From: Malacoraja senta
Taxonomy: Eukaryota
Direction of reading: 5' to 3'
Length of the DNA stretch: 64,000 nucleotides
Assembly: GCA_038087875.1 (NCBI GenBank)
Contig: CM075990.1
Coordinates: 2,606,001-2,670,000, forward strand
Below the pieces are notes generated by a model that was not told where the DNA came from, made no database searches, and saw nothing but the letters and a program-made list of their open reading frames with translations. Below, in pieces: positions 60,017 through 64,000 of this stretch (positions are counted from its first letter, which is position 1; each line of letters begins with the position of its first letter). A program made the translations under genes and the position numbers.

Positions 60017-61423
60017 AACATCTATGGAGATGATGGGTTGGCAACATTTCAGGCCGGGACCTTTCTTCAGACTGATTGTAATAGTGTAGTTCAGTTTAAT
60101 TTAGTTTAATTTAGTTTAGTTTATTGTCACATGTACCAAATTGAAATGAACATCCTTTGGCAACAGAATGAGGAGCATTATTACTGAAATATTACCTATC
60201 ATATTGGAACAACCATCCAGAAAAATCTTTGACATGCTCTGATTTGGGGGCAAAACTTTGAAGCTTGCAGTTTAGTTTATTGTCACGTGTACCGAGGTAC
60301 GGTGAAAAGCTTTTGTTGCATGCTAACAAGTCAGCGGAAAGACTATGCATATTTACAATCGAGCCACCCACAGTGTACATGTGCATGATAAAGGGAATGA
60401 CGTTTAGTGCAGGATAATAAACAACTAAAAAGTTCAGGATATATATATTTTTAAAAAGACAAATAAATAGACAATGGTAGTGCCAAGTCAAAAATAATGT
60501 CACTAAGTCTATGTAGTTCAGAGCCTATTTGAGGTTGTCGTGTTTAGTAGCCTGATGGCTGTAGGGAAGAAGCTGCTCCTGAACCTGGATGTTACAGTTT
60601 TCAGGCTCCTGTACCTTCTTCCCAAAATTCCAGGAATGAAATGAGAGGGTGGCCAGGGTGGTGTGGGTCTCTGATGATGCTGGCTGCCTTGTTTCTTCAT
60701 TCCTGGGCATTCGAGTTGCCGAACCCGGCCCTGATGCAACCGGTCGATATGCTCCCTACTGTACACTGTAGACGTTCAAGAGAATAGATACATAGTACCC
60801 CTGATGGTGGGTGATGTGGGCGGTGTGGGTCCCTGATGATGCTGGCTTCCTTTTTGAGGCAGTGACTCTCGTAGATCCCTTCGATGGCGGGGAGGTCAGT
60901 ACCCGTGATGGACTGGGCAGTGTTCAGTAAGCATGCAAAACAAAGCTTTTCACTTTACCTCGGCACACGTGACAATAATAAACCTAAACTTAAATTTGGG
61001 AAGGCTCCATTGGATTGGAAAATAGGAAATGTACCTCTTTTATTCAAGAAGGCAAGGAGGCAGAAAGCAAACAACAATGGGTCATATTAGTGCTGCCATC
61101 AAGATATTATTTAAACCTTTTATTAAGATGTTACATCAGTAAACATGGAAAACTACAAGACCAGGTGTTAATTAGAAAATATTGTTCGACCAATTATTGA
61201 AGTAACATGCAATGGATCAAGAGAATCCTATGGATGGGCGAAATCTCGATTTTAGGTTAGTTTAGGTTTAGGTTAGTTTAGGTTAGTTTAGGTTAGTTTA
61301 GTTTAGGTTAGTTTAGTTTAGGTTAGTTTAGAGATACAGCGTGAAAACTGCTCCTTTGCCCCACTTTGTCCATGCCGACCAGCGACAGCGATTCACCGTA
61401 CACTAATACTATCCTACACATAC

Positions 61424-62460
61424 TAGGTATGTTACAAAACTTACCTTCAGTCGCACTGTAATTCTGCCACTGGCCGTGTGCGCGATGTTGGCGCCTTTAA
61501 GGGGGGGCGGGGTTAAAACGCGGGTTTCTCCTCCCTTGTCCTGGTTAATATTTTGTTGGAGTACAAGCGTTGGCTGAAGAATCGTTCCTAGTGGCCTTTT
61601 GTGTATTTTTTATATTTATTAAATCGTCAATGTCAGCGCTAGAGTAATTTTAAAATCAGCTCCTGAAGCGTCAACGCCGATAACGGGGACGGATTTCACA
61701 CACGGGACAGGTAAACGAAAGTGGTTTCTTTAAATGTATAAAAGTGCTTCTTAAGAAGCCTTTAATTCACATTTTTTCATGCGACACGGTGATTTTATTC
61801 CCCGAATTAACGGCAGTATTTTTCATGCCAATACGGGGTTAAATTCACCGCAAATCAACGTTCCAAAAGATCGCGTTCCAGAAATCCTCACTCACAAGAT
61901 GATTTAAATGCCCATTAATTTACAGGTATTAAACATTCAATTCCATTTGGCCTGTAAATTCATGAAAATGAGATTTAAAAATTATGTTATATTGTGAATT
62001 ATTGTGTGAATGTTATTTGGACACTTAGGCTATTTAAAAATGTTAATCTATTCTTAAGAAATTGATAGATGTTTAGATCTAGTAATTGAATTTTGTAATT
62101 AGCTACAATTAGGTAACTAACTAATTATATGCTTTACTTTCATGTCTTCTAAGTAAGATTGTTTCATATTTGTTTCAGAATGCTTCAATCTATAATAACT
62201 GAAAATTTCTTTCAGTTATCTCAATTTTTAAGAAAGTTATGGGCTTTTAACTGTCCTCGATCACAGCTTTTGTGTTAAGTCAATGGAAAAGCAATAGGGA
62301 ACAAGATGCTAATTTCCGAGTATGAAAATGGCCATAACTTCTTTAATACTGAAGATATGAAAGTGAATTAGGTGTCAAATTAAACTTCTTTTTATGCTTT
62401 ATCTGATGGGATAAATGGCAGACTTTATTTTTAAAATCTCAAAATTTTGTAACTTTGCTA
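61424..62460. mobile_element. Unclassified ~1.04-kb non-autonomous TIR DNA transposon inside a SINE
   Basis: Imperfect TIR TAGGTATGTTACAAAA / TTTTGTAACTTTGCTA; direct repeat CTACACATACTAG at 61414-61426 and 62458-62470; SINE resumes after it. Confidence 0.8.
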
Positions 62461-62849
62461 CACATACTAGAGATAATTTACATTTATACCAAGCCAATTA
62501 TTCTACAACCCGGGTCTCTGGCGCTGTGAGGCAGCAACTCTACCGCTGCACCACCGTGCCGCTCTCATGCCTCTTCATTGTTCATGAATTTAATTGTTCC
62601 ATTTTGGTACATTTGACAATCAAACAATCTTGTCTCTTGTACTGTTGCAATGAAGGCCGAGTGAAGCTTGAAGAACAACCCCTCATCTTTTGCCTTGACC
62701 TTGACAGCTTGCAACCTTTGGGACTCAGTATCAAGTTCTCCAATTTTAGGCAGCACACTCTATATCAGCCCATATATCACAGGGGGCGGCACAGTGACTC
62801 AGTGGTAGAGCTGCTGCCTTACATTGCCAGAGCCCCGGGTTCGATCCTT

Positions 62850-63530
62850 CTGCAGATGCGCTGTAGAAAGCATTTTATCACGATGCATCACAGCACAGTT
62901 TGGGAACAGCTCTATCCAAGATCACAAGAAATTGCAGAGAATTGTGGACGCAGCCCAGACCATCACACAAACCAACATCCCATCCATTGAGTAAGAAGGA
63001 ACTGCAGATAGACACAACAAGCTGGAGTAACTCAGCAGGACAGGCAGCATCTCTTGAGAGAAGGAATGCTGCCTGTCCCGCTGAGTTACTCCAGCTTGTT
63101 GTGTCTATCTCCCTTCTATAGACTCAATTTACACCTCACGTTGCCTCGGCAAGGCCAGCAGCATAATCAAGAACCAGTCTCACCCCGGTCACTCCCTCTT
63201 CTCCCCTCTCCCATCGGATAAAATGTATAGAAGTGTGAAAACGCAGACCTCCATATTCAGGGACAGTTTCTTCCCAGATGTTATCAGGCAACTGAATCAT
63301 CCTTCCAACAACTGGAGAGAAGTCCTGAGCTACTATCTACCTCATTGGAGACTCTCAGACTTTCGTTGATCGGACGTTACTGGACTTTATCTTGCACAAA
63401 ACATTATTTTCATTATTCCCTTTATCATGTATCAGTACACTGTGGGTGGCTTGATTGTAATCATGTATTGTCTTTCCGCTGGCTGGTTAGCAGGCAACAA
63501 ATGTTTTTCACTGTACACGTGACAATAAGC
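62850..63530 (+). mobile_element. Rex1/Babar 3' end with a palindromic Penelope-derived insert (~62991-63120)
   Basis: Similarity to 33160-33631; inverted arms at ~63006-63050 and ~63066-63110. Confidence 0.85.
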
Positions 63531-63542
63531 ACTTGCCTCAAC

Positions 63543-64000
63543 TAGGAGGAGGAGCCATCTTGGGGGAACGGCTGCTAACCAGCAGCTGTCCGTTAAATTC
63601 ACTTTTTTTTTTAGTTTTTAGTGAATTCTGTCTATGTTTGCTGGGGAATTTGACTTTTCATGTGGGGGGGTAATGGGGGAAACTATTTTCTAGGTCCCTA
63701 CCTGGTCGGTGAGGCAGCTTTTTCTCCGGGCTGTCCCGTCGGCCCGTCCTTGCGGCCTACCAGCGGGCCTGGAGCGGCGTTCCCTGGCGGGGACCGCCCA
63801 GCACCTTCAGCTTCGGTGGCGGCACAGCGCTGGAGCGCTATCGCGGAGTGGAGCGGGCGATGCATTGCCTGGGTCGCCGCGCTGGATCGACGCGCTGGAG
63901 CTCCAGTGAGCTGTGACCGGCGAGTTCAACACCTCCGGGCTGCGGGACTGCGGAGCGGCCAGCCGCGGGCGGCGGCACCGACTCTAACATCGGGAGCCTC
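63543..64000 (+). mobile_element. GC-rich structured retroposon, copy A3 (5' half, cut by window end)
   Basis: Close reverse-complement match to 9385-9845. Confidence 0.85.

Overview
Repeat-dominated vertebrate genomic DNA with no confidently identifiable host gene, so intergenic or deep-intronic. The repeat complement points to a cartilaginous fish, probably a skate or ray (inference): tRNA-headed V-SINEs of the HE1 type sharing a 3' tail with HER1/CR1 LINEs, plus Rex1/Babar, Penelope, Tx1 and RTE fragments. Every long ORF is either a retroelement remnant or a microsatellite translation. Well-supported elements include roughly 35 SINE copies, many CR1 fragments (two retain the RT domain), a Penelope-like element with an open GIY-YIG frame, numerous Penelope LTR pieces carrying minimal hammerhead-ribozyme motifs, two hAT MITEs with 8-bp TSDs, a PIF/Harbinger-type MITE, a complete short Helitron and an unclassified 1-kb TIR element. 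The most interesting signal is a set of 8 copies of a 0.7-1 kb GC-rich non-coding retroposon. Its subfamilies have diverged in primary sequence but keep two hairpins with compensatory stem changes, and they carry different LINE-type 3' tails. The second is repeated evidence of TE-primed local templated copying of unique flanking DNA over 12-27 kb. Coordinates of degraded repeats are approximate; no database searches were run.
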